Counted from the first letter of the stretch, positions 1 through 11,728 are shown. The stretch: DNA of 64,000 nt from Blastocatellia bacterium (GCA_035649735.1 DASRIZ010000243.1:19034-83033); one strand, 5' to 3'. The notes: generated by a model from the letters alone, not told the origin. Translations and numbers: made by a program.

Positions 1-75
1 ATGATCAGCAATCCGTAGCTGAATGCGAGTTTTTTCTTCAAGCTGTTCACGGATAGGTTCTCTCAAATGATCTTT

Positions 76-716
76 TCACGGACTCGGGCTGCCGAAAACC
101 AGCCTATCCCCCATCGGTCGAATGTCGTCGAGCGCCAGGTTTAGCTCGAGGACATTAACTCGCGGCTCCCCTAGAAATCCGAGCTGTCTGCCTTCAGTAT
201 GGTAACGAACAAGTTTGCGCACTTCCTCGGGGATCATGCCTCTCTCTTTTGCAACGCGCGGAATTTGAAACTCGGCGGCGGCCGGGGTGATGTGTGGATC
301 GAGCCCCGATGCAGATGCCGTCACCAAGTCGATTGGTATCGGCGAGCCGGGATTCTCTTCTCGTAAGGATTCCGCGGCGGTCTTGACGTTGTCCATTAGC
401 TTTTGACTGGTCGGACCGAGATTAGTTCCGGCCGAGGCAGTCCCGTCGTAACCCGCGCCCGCAGCGGAAGGCCGCGAATGAAAATAACCCGGCCCGCTAA
501 ACGGCTGGCCGATCAAGCTCGATCCGATTATCTTCCCGTTCTTTTCAATCAGGCTCCCGCCCGCCTTCGCCGGGAACATCACCTGAGCGAGCCCGGTGAT
601 GATCAGAGGGTAAATGATCCCGAGCAGCACCGTGAGCACCACGGTCATTGCGATTGCCGGATAGACCTGCTTGATTATGTTCATAAGTTGACTCTTGAAA
701 GGCACCAACTCTACGA

Positions 717-720
<4 letters not shown>
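76..720 (-). CDS. kdpC: Potassium-transporting ATPase subunit C (KdpC)
   Basis: 214-aa ORF immediately after kdpB (GTGA overlap at 717-720). Has one N-terminal TM ([22 protein letters not shown]) and a KdpC-like soluble part ([21 protein letters not shown]). An alternative ATG start lies at 684. Confidence 0.9.
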
Positions 721-2840
<2,120 letters not shown>

Positions 2841-2847
2841 AACCCTC

Positions 2848-2918
2848 TTATTTCTAGTTTCTGGTCTTTTGGTTTCTGGCTCTTGTTTGAACGCAATCAG
2901 AAACTAGAAACCAGAAAC
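2848..2918. repeat. Heptamer-armed hairpin (TGGTTTC / GAAACCA units) in the kdpA-kdpB gap
   Basis: TTTCTAGTTTCTGG..GGTTTCTGG faces CAGAAACTAGAAACCAGAAAC. 2851-2863 is the exact reverse complement of 2898-2910, and other pairing registers are possible. Confidence 0.8.
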
Positions 2919-4712
2919 TCAGAACATCGTTCCCGAGTTCATCAAGTAGTGCTCCACTATCGGTCCGAGCGAGAGCATCGGGAAAAACGTCAACGCTCCG
3001 ACAATCAAAATCACGCCTATCAGCAGCATTACGAACAATGGAGTGTAAACCGGGAACGTGCCCGCCGATGGCGGCACGATCTTCTTCGCCGCCAGATTCC
3101 CGGCTATCCCCATCATCGGGACTATCATCAAGAACCGACCGACCAGCATCGCCAGCCCAAGCGTGGTGTTGTACCAATAAGTGTTGACTGTAATACCGCC
3201 AAAGGCCGAGCCGTTGTTTCCAGTCGCTGACGTGTACGCATAGACGATCTCCGACAAACCGTGCGGTCCGTCGTTGGCGATTTTGGAGGCGCCGTACGGA
3301 GCCACACTCGACCATGTTGAGAAACACAGGATCGAAAGAGCGAAGACCAGCAAATAGAGCATCGCCATCTTCACATCCTTCGATTCGATCTTCTTCCCGA
3401 GATATTCCGGAGTCCTCCCAACCATTAATCCGGCGATGAACACAGTGAGCACGATCATCACCAGCATGCCGTACATACCCGCCCCAACACCTCCAAAAAT
3501 TATCTCGCCCAGCATGATGTTCAGCAGCGGAATCATTCCTCCGAGCGGAGTGTAGGAATCGTGCCAAGAGTTGATCGCGCCACACGACGCATCGGTGGTG
3601 ATTGTCGCAAACAGCGCCGAGTTCGCGACGCCGAAGCGGACTTCCTTTCCTTCCATGTTGCCGCCAGCCTGCTCTGCTCCTTTTGTTTCAACGGCAGTTT
3701 GTTTGACACCATATTGGTCGAAGTTCGGATTGCCGCGGGCCTCGAAGTAATAGGCAACCAGGAAACCAGCAAGAAACAGACTCGTCATCGCGGCGAATAC
3801 CGCCCATCCGTGCCTTTGATTGCCGGTCATCCGCCCGAGCGTATAAGTCAGGCCGGACCCAATCGCGAAGATTGCGACGATCTGGAGAAAGTTAGTCAGC
3901 GGTGTTGGGTTCTCAAATGGATGCGCCGAGTTCGCGTTGAAGAAACCACCGCCGTTTGTGCCCAGCTCCTTGATGATCTCCTGAGAGGCAACCGGTCCCT
4001 GAGCTATAGTCTGGTCCGCGTGCGTCTCGGTCGTTTCTTCTCCGGTGTCGGCATCGGTCTTTGTAAGTTGCTGCGGTTCTACCAGCGCAGCTTGTGTGTA
4101 AGGCTTAAAGTTCTGGACGACGCCTTGAGAAACGAGCGCCAATGCTCCAACCATGCACAGAGGCAACAGCACATAAAGCGAACACCGTGTGAGATCAACC
4201 CAGAAGTTACCTATTGTCTTTGCCTCGCGGCGTGCGATTCCGCGAATGAACGCGATTGCCAGAACGATGCCTGTGGCCGCGGACACGAAGTTGTGGAATG
4301 CCAGTCCAGCCATCTGTACGAAATAGCTCATCGTCGATTCGGCGGAGTAGGCTTGCCAGTTTGTGTTTGTAGTAAAGCTGACAGCCGTATTAAAGGCGAG
4401 ATCGGGATTCACTCCGCTGAACTCCTGCGGATTGAGCGGCAAATAATACTGGAGCCGTTGAAACGCATAGAGTACAAGTAGTCCCGCAACGCTGAACATC
4501 AACATCGCCGCGGTGTAGGTGGTCCAGTGTTGTTCGTTTGCGGCCTCGACGCGGCACAACCGATAGATCAAGCGTTCGATAGGGCCAAACACGCGGCTTA
4601 GGAATGTCTTCTCGCCGGAGAAGACTCGAGTCATGTAGACTCCAAGCGGTTTCGTAATGGCAAGCAGCACCAGAAAGTAAACCGCGAGTTGTAAGAATCC
4701 GTTGAGTGTCAT
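2919..4712 (-). CDS. kdpA: Potassium-transporting ATPase subunit A (KdpA)
   Basis: The track ORF runs to 4916, but KdpA-like sequence begins at the internal ATG 4712 (MTLNGFLQLAVYFLVLLAITKPLGVYMTRVF). 597 aa, polytopic. The upstream part of the ORF overlaps kdpF in another frame. Confidence 0.93.
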   Translation of the reverse strand: MTLNGFLQLAVYFLVLLAITKPLGVYMTRVFSGEKTFLSRVFGPIERLIYRLCRVEAANEQHWTTYTAAMLMFSVAGLLVLYAFQRLQYYLPLNPQEFSGVNPDLAFNTAVSFTTNTNWQAYSAESTMSYFVQMAGLAFHNFVSAATGIVLAIAFIRGIARREAKTIGNFWVDLTRCSLYVLLPLCMVGALALVSQGVVQNFKPYTQAALVEPQQLTKTDADTGEETTETHADQTIAQGPVASQEIIKELGTNGGGFFNANSAHPFENPTPLTNFLQIVAIFAIGSGLTYTLGRMTGNQRHGWAVFAAMTSLFLAGFLVAYYFEARGNPNFDQYGVKQTAVETKGAEQAGGNMEGKEVRFGVANSALFATITTDASCGAINSWHDSYTPLGGMIPLLNIMLGEIIFGGVGAGMYGMLVMIVLTVFIAGLMVGRTPEYLGKKIESKDVKMAMLYLLVFALSILCFSTWSSVAPYGASKIANDGPHGLSEIVYAYTSATGNNGSAFGGITVNTYWYNTTLGLAMLVGRFLMIVPMMGIAGNLAAKKIVPPSAGTFPVYTPLFVMLLIGVILIVGALTFFPMLSLGPIVEHYLMNSGTMF

Positions 4713-4783
4713 CTCATTTCCCCACCTCTGAGAAACATTGCGATCAGCGTATCCCGGAATGGCGAGCCATGATGCCTGTGCTC

Positions 4784-4873
4784 TCAAAACCTCTCCGGTT
4801 TGAGCAGAGCGTAAATCAAGTAGATCAGCAGCAACAGCGCAATGATCCCGCTGGTAACGTATTCCGCATTCAT
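4784..4873 (-). CDS. kdpF: Potassium-transporting ATPase subunit F (KdpF), 29 aa
   Basis: Below the track cutoff. MNAEYVTSGIIALLLLIYLIYALLKPERF has a single TM and a tail resembling E. coli KdpF (..LLLGYLVYALINAEAF, from memory). GAGGGA lies about 8 nt upstream. The ORF ends 71 nt before the kdpA start. Confidence 0.75.
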   Translation of the reverse strand: MNAEYVTSGIIALLLLIYLIYALLKPERF

Positions 4874-4980
4874 TTCTCGATCCCTCTGCTCGCTCTTCGT
4901 GTTGCCGCAGAGACAAGCGAAACGTAAAGAAGCATCATCACTACAATCGCGATCAGGTTCTTTGAGGTTTCCGGGTCCAT
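4870..4980 (-). CDS. Hypothetical 36-aa membrane micro-ORF
   Basis: MDPETSKNLIAIVVMMLLYVSLVSAATRRASRGIEK. One hydrophobic helix. Its stop overlaps the kdpF start (ATGA). Only a weak GAGG lies 3 nt upstream. Confidence 0.25.
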   Translation of the reverse strand: MDPETSKNLIAIVVMMLLYVSLVSAATRRASRGIEK

Positions 4981-4985
4981 ATACC

Positions 4986-5069
4986 TCATACGCGCTCGCA
5001 AAAGCGCACGTACCAAAATGAGATGCCAAAGAAAACGATAACCAATGCGATGAATATCAGATCCAACAT
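4986..5069 (-). CDS. Hypothetical 27-aa membrane micro-ORF
   Basis: MLDLIFIALVIVFFGISFWYVRFCERV. GGAGGA lies 5 nt upstream of the ATG. The ORF starts 12 nt after the porin stop. Confidence 0.35.
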   Translation of the reverse strand: MLDLIFIALVIVFFGISFWYVRFCERV

Positions 5070-5081
5070 CTCGATCCTCCA

Positions 5082-6587
5082 CTACCATGAGCCTTCCTTT
5101 CGGCCAAACCACCAGATCATCCCAAGTGTCGCGGTATTCTGCTCCTTCTTCAGAAGGCCCCGGGTGCCCGACAGGAAGAAGGGCTGATTCGAAAAATCGC
5201 GACGCCATTCAACGCGTAACAGAAACCCTTCGGCAAACTTGAGTTCACTCGTCAGAGTTGTTTCCTTAAGAGCTTGTGTTACGCCACTGAACAACCCGCC
5301 GCGATCCGACAGATACTCGCCGCGACCGGCCAGAGCGAACTTCGGCGTGAACTGATAACGCGCATAACCGACGCCGCCGCTTATGTGCACCGGCGCAGAG
5401 ATATCTTGTTCACGATTGACGACGTAGTCGCCTTCGGCGGCGAGGATCAATTTGTCGGTCACGTTCCAGGTCGCATACGAATCGAAAATGTGCAGCCGCC
5501 CGTTCCGGACCGGTTGAATCACGTTTGTTGAGAATCCCGGCTGCGTCGGCAAACTTGGAAACCCAGGATTGAGATCAGGAACGAGGTCGCGCTGCTCCTG
5601 ACCAACGTAGTAATTCACTTGCCACGATACTCTTTTCACCGGTGTCAGGATCAACGCGAAGTGCTGCGACTTGAACCCGTTGAAGTCCTCAGTCTGGTTG
5701 ATCCCGTTCATCAGGTGGTACATCACTGTGACTTTGTCGTTAACCGGATACTTCGCGCGCAAACCAAAATGATAGAAGGGCAGAAAGTTGAAATAGTACG
5801 AGCGCGAATAATTGAAGTTGTCCTTCGTGTAGTTGGTCTCATAACCGAGACTGCTCCCGAACTTGCCGAAGTCGAGCGTCAAGCCCTCACCAACCGGAGC
5901 GACATATGAGCCAAAGGCCTGCCACACCGGACGATATGCCTGGGGCCGAGGCTCGTTTGCAGCGTTGCCTTGCACGGTTTCGGTCGCCTGCCCGTACATC
6001 AAATCGAGTCGCGCGCCGAAACGCCGGCCTGCTTCTGATTTCGGCGCACGCTCGATCACTATAGTCGCTTGATTCAGACTAAAGCTGTTGCTCTGTACGT
6101 CGTATGCGCGGAGCAGATTGATACGACCGATTGGTTTGTTGAAGTTATAACCGTAGTATCCGTCGATAGTGAGGTTGAATGTTGTATCGTGGAGGAAATC
6201 CAGAACTCGGCGATCATCGTTGCTAGTCAGGACTTGTCTCACCGGTTCGTTGCCGGTCTGCTCTGGTTCTTGCGCCGCTTGGCCGTTAATTGACGGAAGC
6301 TGTTCTACGCCCAGCCCACTGGCAACCGTCTGAGTTGCGACGCACTCTTGCTTGTGAGCAGTGCGTGACTCTAAAGCAAACAAGCGCCGTTCCAGCATGG
6401 CTATTCGGTCGAGCAACTTCCGTTCGCCTTCGCTCAACACAGCGGATGTTGCTGGCGCAGTCGTTGCGCATCGAGAGGGCGCGTGTGAGGTCTTCGCCGC
6501 ATTCTCCTGCTGGGCATGAACCCCACCTTCAAACAGAAGCAAAGTTATGAGCGCGGCCACTATGTTGTTGGGCTGATGGATTTTCAT
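5082..6587 (-). CDS. Putative outer-membrane beta-barrel porin, first gene of the kdp transcription unit
   Basis: 501 aa. Signal peptide (MKIHQPNNIVAALITLLLFEGGVHAQ), a short coiled coil (ERKLLDRIAMLERRLFALESR), then a long aromatic/polar alternating pattern ending ..MIWWFGRKEGSW. AGGGAGG RBS. Family assigned by pattern only. Confidence 0.65.
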   Translation of the reverse strand: MKIHQPNNIVAALITLLLFEGGVHAQQENAAKTSHAPSRCATTAPATSAVLSEGERKLLDRIAMLERRLFALESRTAHKQECVATQTVASGLGVEQLPSINGQAAQEPEQTGNEPVRQVLTSNDDRRVLDFLHDTTFNLTIDGYYGYNFNKPIGRINLLRAYDVQSNSFSLNQATIVIERAPKSEAGRRFGARLDLMYGQATETVQGNAANEPRPQAYRPVWQAFGSYVAPVGEGLTLDFGKFGSSLGYETNYTKDNFNYSRSYYFNFLPFYHFGLRAKYPVNDKVTVMYHLMNGINQTEDFNGFKSQHFALILTPVKRVSWQVNYYVGQEQRDLVPDLNPGFPSLPTQPGFSTNVIQPVRNGRLHIFDSYATWNVTDKLILAAEGDYVVNREQDISAPVHISGGVGYARYQFTPKFALAGRGEYLSDRGGLFSGVTQALKETTLTSELKFAEGFLLRVEWRRDFSNQPFFLSGTRGLLKKEQNTATLGMIWWFGRKEGSW

Positions 6588-7122
6588 ATGATGAGAAGCC
6601 TCCCTGAGAGAGGTGTGACAGGCCGTCCCCGCGGCGTTGGAGCATGTGAATATGGTCGATGAGTCTATGAGTAATCACGAGCATCGTGCCTCGATGAGCG
6701 CTTGTCGCCTCTACGGTTCTCGGCGGTGCGGACGAGGCCCGTCAAGTTAGGTTTAGAATCGGGCTCGGTAGTCCAAATCCACCTGTCGTCGTCCGTCGAT
6801 AGTGGGTGACGATGCTGTTTGGAACCAAGGCGGGGAGTCTCGAGTAAGCGAGGTCCAGCGTCAATGCCGGCGCTCCCGCGGCTGTTGGGCCTACGCTCCA
6901 GAAAAAAATGACGCAGCAACAGCAAACCTAATGTAAGGGCAAACACGCCAATTGTCCCAATAGTCTGAGCGCTCATCTTTCCTCGCCGTGATACCTTCGA
7001 AAAGCGCGATAAGCGAGTCCGAAGTCATCAACATGATGAGGCTAGCACCGAGCGCATAAGGGTGGCGCAAAAGGTCCATAAAATGTTTGTAAGGACCGCG
7101 AAGTATTAGAGAATGGTGTTTC

Positions 7123-7824
7123 TTACGCGCCCGGATTGAAGCGATAACCGATCCAGGGCTCGGTGAGGATGTAGCGAGGCGTGCTGGGGTCAGATTCGAT
7201 CTTCTTTCTGAGTTGTCCGATAAAGACCCTCAGATACTCGGTTTGCTCCACGTAATTTCCACCCCACACTGCGGCGAGCAGCGTTCGATGCGTGAGCACT
7301 TTTCCCGGATGACCGATCAGATAGACTAGCAGGTCATATTCCTTAGGCGTCAGATGAACCTGGCGATTTCCGGCTGTAACGATGCGAGCTTCCAGGTCAA
7401 CGCGAAAGTCTCCAGCTTCCAACACCGTCGAGGCGACGCTGGCCGTTTTTGTCTCGGGGACGCGCCGCAGCGCCGCGCGAATACGCGCAAGGAGCTCGTC
7501 GATGCCAAACGGCTTGGTGACGTAGTCGTCCGCGCCGGCGTCCAGCGCTTCAACCTTGGTCCGCTCCTCGCCCTTAACGGAAAGCACGACGATCGGCACG
7601 GGAGAAAGCTCTCGCAACCGCCGGCAGAGCTCTATTCCGTCGAGGTTGGGCATCGACAAGTCGGTGATGACAAGGTTGGGAGAGAAATCGCCAAACGTCT
7701 CGAGCGCTGACTCGCCATCGGCTGCGCTTCGGACGTCATAACCGTGACTGGTTAAGCTTCGCCGCAGTACTCGAGTGATCTGCGGTTCGTCGTCAACGAT
7801 AAGAATCCGATGTTTCTCGCTCAT
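7123..7824 (-). CDS. kdpE: OmpR-family response regulator, KdpE-like
   Basis: 233 aa. Receiver domain (ILIVDDEPQI, DLSMPNLDG, KP) plus a winged-helix C-terminus (..LTEPWIGYRF). Starts 8 nt downstream of the KdpD-like kinase and lies next to the kdp genes. Confidence 0.85.
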   Translation of the reverse strand: MSEKHRILIVDDEPQITRVLRRSLTSHGYDVRSAADGESALETFGDFSPNLVITDLSMPNLDGIELCRRLRELSPVPIVVLSVKGEERTKVEALDAGADDYVTKPFGIDELLARIRAALRRVPETKTASVASTVLEAGDFRVDLEARIVTAGNRQVHLTPKEYDLLVYLIGHPGKVLTHRTLLAAVWGGNYVEQTEYLRVFIGQLRKKIESDPSTPRYILTEPWIGYRFNPGA

Positions 7825-7832
7825 CGTCGCTC

Positions 7833-9029
7833 TCAGATGGCCTTCTCGGCGTCAGCTTCGAGCAGCGGAGCGCCGGCTTCATCGTCATCTCCAAGCGGAA
7901 GCGTGAGCGTCACTCGCGTCCCTCGCCCTTCGCTCGCGCTTTCGATCCAAATGCGTCCGCCGTGAGCTTCGACGATTCCTCGCGCAATGGCAAGCCCCAT
8001 CCCGGTTCCTATTGGTTGCACTCCCGAATCACCGTCGCGCATCGCGCGGAAGAACTTGTCAAACACCCTTTCGCGCAGGTCTAACGCGATGCCCGGTCCC
8101 CGGTCTTCAACTGTCAACCGCATCATGTCATCAACCTGACTGGCGCTTACCTCAATGCTCGTCCCCTCGGGCGAGTACTTGGCGGCGTTGTCGACTAACG
8201 CGTAAACAACTTCGGCGACCGCCTTGGCATCGACGCGAACGATCGGCAAATCCTTTTCGATCGAAACTTCCATCGGGTGCAAACGGGTGAGCGGCTTTGC
8301 GCGCGCGAGCGCATTCATCACGATCTCGTCAATGGTTCCCCACCTGCGGCGAAGATCGAGCTGGCCCGCCTCGATGCGCGCAAGCTCGACCATGCTTTCG
8401 ACGAAACGGTTCAACCGATCCGCTTCTTCGTCGATGACTTCGAGCATCTCTCGCCGGCCTTCTTGATCGAGCACGGCGTGCTCGGTAGTCGGCCCGCGCA
8501 ACTCATTGAGCAGAGTTGTGACCGATGCCTTGATCGAGGTGAGCGGCGTGCGAATGTCGTGAGTCACAGCGTCCAGAAGCGCGGACTTCAATCGCTCGCT
8601 GCGACGAAGAGCTTCCGCTTCGCTCGCGCGTTCGAAAGCTTCGCGTAGCTCGGTATATAGGCGCTCGATCTCGCGTCGTCCAACTTCGGCTTCTTCGGCT
8701 CGGCGCTTCGCCCGGGCGGAAAGTTCGCCGGCGGTGATGGCAGTGACCAAAAATGCAGCAAGGGCGACCCAATTCGCCGGTTCGGCGATGGCGAAAGTTC
8801 CGACCGGCGGCAGGAAGAAGAGGTTGAAGCAGAACACGCCGCCAATCGATGCCAGAACAGCCGGGCCTGAACCAAATCTCGTGGCCACAAACAGCACAAC
8901 AAGCAATAGCGCGAGAGCGACAGTTGTGGGGTTGATATGGGTGCCGAAGAGTCTCAGTAACGCGGTAACAACGCTGATGGCCAGAATTGCCAGGACATAT
9001 CGATCCGCTCGTTGAAGAACTCGCCGCAT
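7833..9029 (-). CDS. Sensor histidine kinase, KdpD C-terminal-type (DUF4118 membrane domain + HisKA + HATPase)
   Basis: 398 aa. Four TM segments with FFLPPVGTFAIAEP (DUF4118-like), H-box THDIRTPLTSI, G-boxes DRGPGI and GTGMGLAIARGIV. There is no N-terminal KdpD/Usp region. Confidence 0.85.
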   Translation of the reverse strand: MRRVLQRADRYVLAILAISVVTALLRLFGTHINPTTVALALLLVVLFVATRFGSGPAVLASIGGVFCFNLFFLPPVGTFAIAEPANWVALAAFLVTAITAGELSARAKRRAEEAEVGRREIERLYTELREAFERASEAEALRRSERLKSALLDAVTHDIRTPLTSIKASVTTLLNELRGPTTEHAVLDQEGRREMLEVIDEEADRLNRFVESMVELARIEAGQLDLRRRWGTIDEIVMNALARAKPLTRLHPMEVSIEKDLPIVRVDAKAVAEVVYALVDNAAKYSPEGTSIEVSASQVDDMMRLTVEDRGPGIALDLRERVFDKFFRAMRDGDSGVQPIGTGMGLAIARGIVEAHGGRIWIESASEGRGTRVTLTLPLGDDDEAGAPLLEADAEKAI

Positions 9030-9065
9030 AGAACGATTATGTAACCGATAAACAACCGATACCAG

Positions 9066-9812
9066 TTACTTACTTCGCCATAGCGCCTTGAGATGATCAC
9101 GATTCATCCGCGAGATGAAGTCGAGGCTGATTTCCTTCGGGCACACCGCTTCACACGAACCCATCACCGTGCAATTACCGAAGCCTTCTTCATCCATTGA
9201 CCTGACCATATTCAAAACACGGCGATCCTTCTCGAGCTTACCCTGCGGAAGTATGTTCAAGTGAGAAACCTTTGCTGCCACAAATAGCATCGCCGATGCG
9301 TTTTTGCAGGCAGCCACGCAAGCGCCGCAGCCGATGCACGCGGCGGCATCCATCGACAGATCGGCGTCCGGTTTAGGGATCGGGATTGCGTTACCGTCAG
9401 GCGTGCCACCGGATCTCGTAGAAATGTATCCGCCGGCCTGAATCAGCCTATCGAACGCACTCCGATCCACGACCAGGTCCTTGATCACCGGAAACGAGCG
9501 TGCGCGCCAGGGCTCAATGGTTATCGCCTGACCGTCTCTGAAGTGTCGCATGTGCAGCTGGCAAGTCGTGGTCGCGGGCAGCGGACCGTGCGCGACCCCG
9601 TTTATCATCATCCCGCAAGTTCCGCAGATTCCTTCCCGGCAATCGTGATCGAAGGCAATCGGTTCTTCGCCGCGCTTGATCAGGCTTTCGTTCACGATGT
9701 CGAGCATCTCGAGAAAGGACATGTCCGGCGATATGTCATCCGCGTTGTACTCGACAAACCCTCCTTGCGACGTCGAGTCCTTTTGTCTCCACACACGCAA
9801 TGTCAGGTTCAT
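9066..9812 (-). CDS. sdhB: Succinate dehydrogenase/fumarate reductase iron-sulfur subunit
   Basis: 248 aa. Three Cys clusters: [38 protein letters not shown]. Confidence 0.93.
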   Translation of the reverse strand: MNLTLRVWRQKDSTSQGGFVEYNADDISPDMSFLEMLDIVNESLIKRGEEPIAFDHDCREGICGTCGMMINGVAHGPLPATTTCQLHMRHFRDGQAITIEPWRARSFPVIKDLVVDRSAFDRLIQAGGYISTRSGGTPDGNAIPIPKPDADLSMDAAACIGCGACVAACKNASAMLFVAAKVSHLNILPQGKLEKDRRVLNMVRSMDEEGFGNCTVMGSCEAVCPKEISLDFISRMNRDHLKALWRSK

Positions 9813-9814
9813 CG

Positions 9815-11728
9815 CTACTTATAGCTCCTTTGCGCCAGGTGAACTTCTTCGTAAACCAACGGCTCTTTGTGCAGCGCGGGCGGCGCGTCTGGTCCGCGAA
9901 ACTCCCAAGCCGCGACGTAGGCGAAGTTTTCGTCGTGACGCATTGCCTCTCCGTCCGGTGTCTGGTGTTCTTCTCTAAAATGAGCTCCGCACGATTCGTC
10001 GCGAGTCAACGCGTCGAGCACCAGCAACTCGGCGAACTCCATGAAATCGGCGACCCGCCCGGCGTATTCGAGTGACTGGTTTAACTCGTTGCCATCCCCT
10101 AGCACGTTTACATCTTCCCAGAACTCCTGCCGCAACTTCGGGATCTTTTCCAGCGCTTCTTTGAGACCGGCTTCGTTGCGTCCCATTCCGCACTTGTCCC
10201 ACATCAGCTTCCCCAACTCGCGATGAAATTCAGTCACCGTGCGGTTACCCTTGATTGACAGGAACTTGTTAGTCCGCGCAGTGATCTCCTCTTCGACCTT
10301 TTTGAATTCCTGATGATCGAGGGATGGTTTGGCCGGCCGCTCTGTCGCGAGATAATCGCCGATCGTGTAGGGCAGAATGAAGTAGCCGTCGGCGAGTCCC
10401 TGCATCAACGCGCTCGCGCCAAGCCGATTTGCCCCGTGATCCGAGAAATTCGCCTCGCCGATCACGTATAACCCCGGAACGTTGCTCATCAAGTTGTAGT
10501 CGACCCACAGCCCGCCCATCGTGTAATGACTCGCGGGATAGATGCGCATCGGTGTTTGATAAGCGTCTTCGCCGGTGATTCGCTCGTACATTTCGAACAG
10601 GTTGCCGTAACGCTCGCGAATCACATTCAGACCGAGACGCTCAATCGCGTCGGCGAAATCCAGAAAAACGCCGCGCCCGCCCGGGCCAACGCCACGGCCT
10701 TCGTCGCATACTTCTTTTGCGGCTCTTGATGCGATATCGCGCGGCGCCAGATTGCCATAAGCCGGGTACTTGCGCTCGAGAAAGTAATCGCGTTCTTCTC
10801 TTGGGATTTCGTTTGGCGTGCGGTGATCGCCCGAGCGTCTGGGCACCCACACACGCCCGTCATTGCGGAGTGATTCGGACATCAAGGTCAGTTTCGACTG
10901 ATGATCGCCGCTGACAGGGATGCAGGTCGGGTGAATCTGGGTGTAACAAGGATTTGCCATCAGCGCGCCCCGTTTGTAGGCCCGCCAGATCGCGGTGACA
11001 TTGCAACCCTTGGCGTTGGTTGAGAGGAAGAACACATTGCCGTAACCGCCGGTCGCAAGGACTACTGCATCCGCTGCGTGTGAGCTGATTTCTCCGGTTA
11101 CCAGATCGCGGACCACGATTCCTTTTGCGTGGCCGTCGATCACCACCAGATCGAGCATTTCAGTGCGCGGGAACATCTTCACTCCACCGGCTTCGATCTG
11201 TTTGGCAAGCGCTTGATAGGCGCCGAGGAGCAGTTGCTGGCCGGTTTGCCCGCGAGCATAAAAGGTCCGCGAAACCTGGGCGCCGCCAAACGAGCGGTTC
11301 GCAAGGTATCCGGAGTACTCGCGCGCAAACGGCACTCCTTGTGCGACGCACTGGTCGATGATGTTGACGCTGACCTCGGCCAGGCGATAGACGTTTGCTT
11401 CGCGGGCGCGAAAGTCGCCGCCTTTTATCGTGTCGTAGAACAGACGGTAAACGCTGTCACCGTCGTTCTGATAGTTCTTTGCTGCGTTAATCCCGCCCTG
11501 CGCGGCGATCGAATGCGCTCGACGCGCGCTGTCCTGAAAACAAAAGCATTTGACCTTATAGCCAAGTTCCGAGAGCGTCGCTGCGGCCGAACCGCCGGCG
11601 AGCCCGGATCCGACTACGATCACATCAAACTTTCGCTTGTTGGCGGGGTTAATCAGTTTGATGTGGTTGCGGTGTCTGCTCCACTTATCGGCGAGCGGTC
11701 CCGCTGGAATTTTCGCGTCAAGTTTCAT
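9815..11728 (-). CDS. sdhA: Succinate dehydrogenase/fumarate reductase flavoprotein subunit
   Basis: FAD fold [14 protein letters not shown] and covalent-FAD His context [14 protein letters not shown]. The track ORF starts at GTG 11776 inside a repeat. ATG 11728 ([16 protein letters not shown]) fits the family N-terminus. Confidence 0.95.
   Translation of the reverse strand: MKLDAKIPAGPLADKWSRHRNHIKLINPANKRKFDVIVVGSGLAGGSAAATLSELGYKVKCFCFQDSARRAHSIAAQGGINAAKNYQNDGDSVYRLFYDTIKGGDFRAREANVYRLAEVSVNIIDQCVAQGVPFAREYSGYLANRSFGGAQVSRTFYARGQTGQQLLLGAYQALAKQIEAGGVKMFPRTEMLDLVVIDGHAKGIVVRDLVTGEISSHAADAVVLATGGYGNVFFLSTNAKGCNVTAIWRAYKRGALMANPCYTQIHPTCIPVSGDHQSKLTLMSESLRNDGRVWVPRRSGDHRTPNEIPREERDYFLERKYPAYGNLAPRDIASRAAKEVCDEGRGVGPGGRGVFLDFADAIERLGLNVIRERYGNLFEMYERITGEDAYQTPMRIYPASHYTMGGLWVDYNLMSNVPGLYVIGEANFSDHGANRLGASALMQGLADGYFILPYTIGDYLATERPAKPSLDHQEFKKVEEEITARTNKFLSIKGNRTVTEFHRELGKLMWDKCGMGRNEAGLKEALEKIPKLRQEFWEDVNVLGDGNELNQSLEYAGRVADFMEFAELLVLDALTRDESCGAHFREEHQTPDGEAMRHDENFAYVAAWEFRGPDAPPALHKEPLVYEEVHLAQRSYK

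Noticed and set aside
1-66. Open minus-strand frame after kdpC (TTG-REPIREQLEEKTRIQLRIADH..) that might start a separate KdpD N-terminal-domain gene.
   Set aside because: Only 22 codons are visible, the start would be TTG, and there is no diagnostic motif. It cannot be supported from this window.
3561-4481. 306-aa plus-strand ORF. Similar long antisense ORFs occur at e.g. 403-738, 11129-11815, 35739-36479, 43828-44412, 52838-53572 and 56535-57686.
   Set aside because: Each lies fully antisense to a gene with clear family motifs. They are rich in Arg/Ser/Leu, as expected for shadow frames in GC-rich DNA, and none has an RBS or recognisable motifs.
6665-6976. 103-aa minus-strand ORF (MSAQTIGTIGVFALTLGLLLL..) in the kdpE-porin spacer.
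   Set aside because: It has one hydrophobic N-terminal helix, but the rest is low-complexity Arg/Ser/Pro/Gly sequence. The SD spacing is only 3 nt. It is more likely non-coding regulatory DNA and is left unannotated.
6588-7122. A possible c-di-AMP (ydaO-type) or other riboswitch upstream of the porin-kdp unit.
   Set aside because: Reading the minus strand, I did not find the conserved ydaO core segments or another riboswitch consensus I know. This needs a covariance-model scan before any claim.
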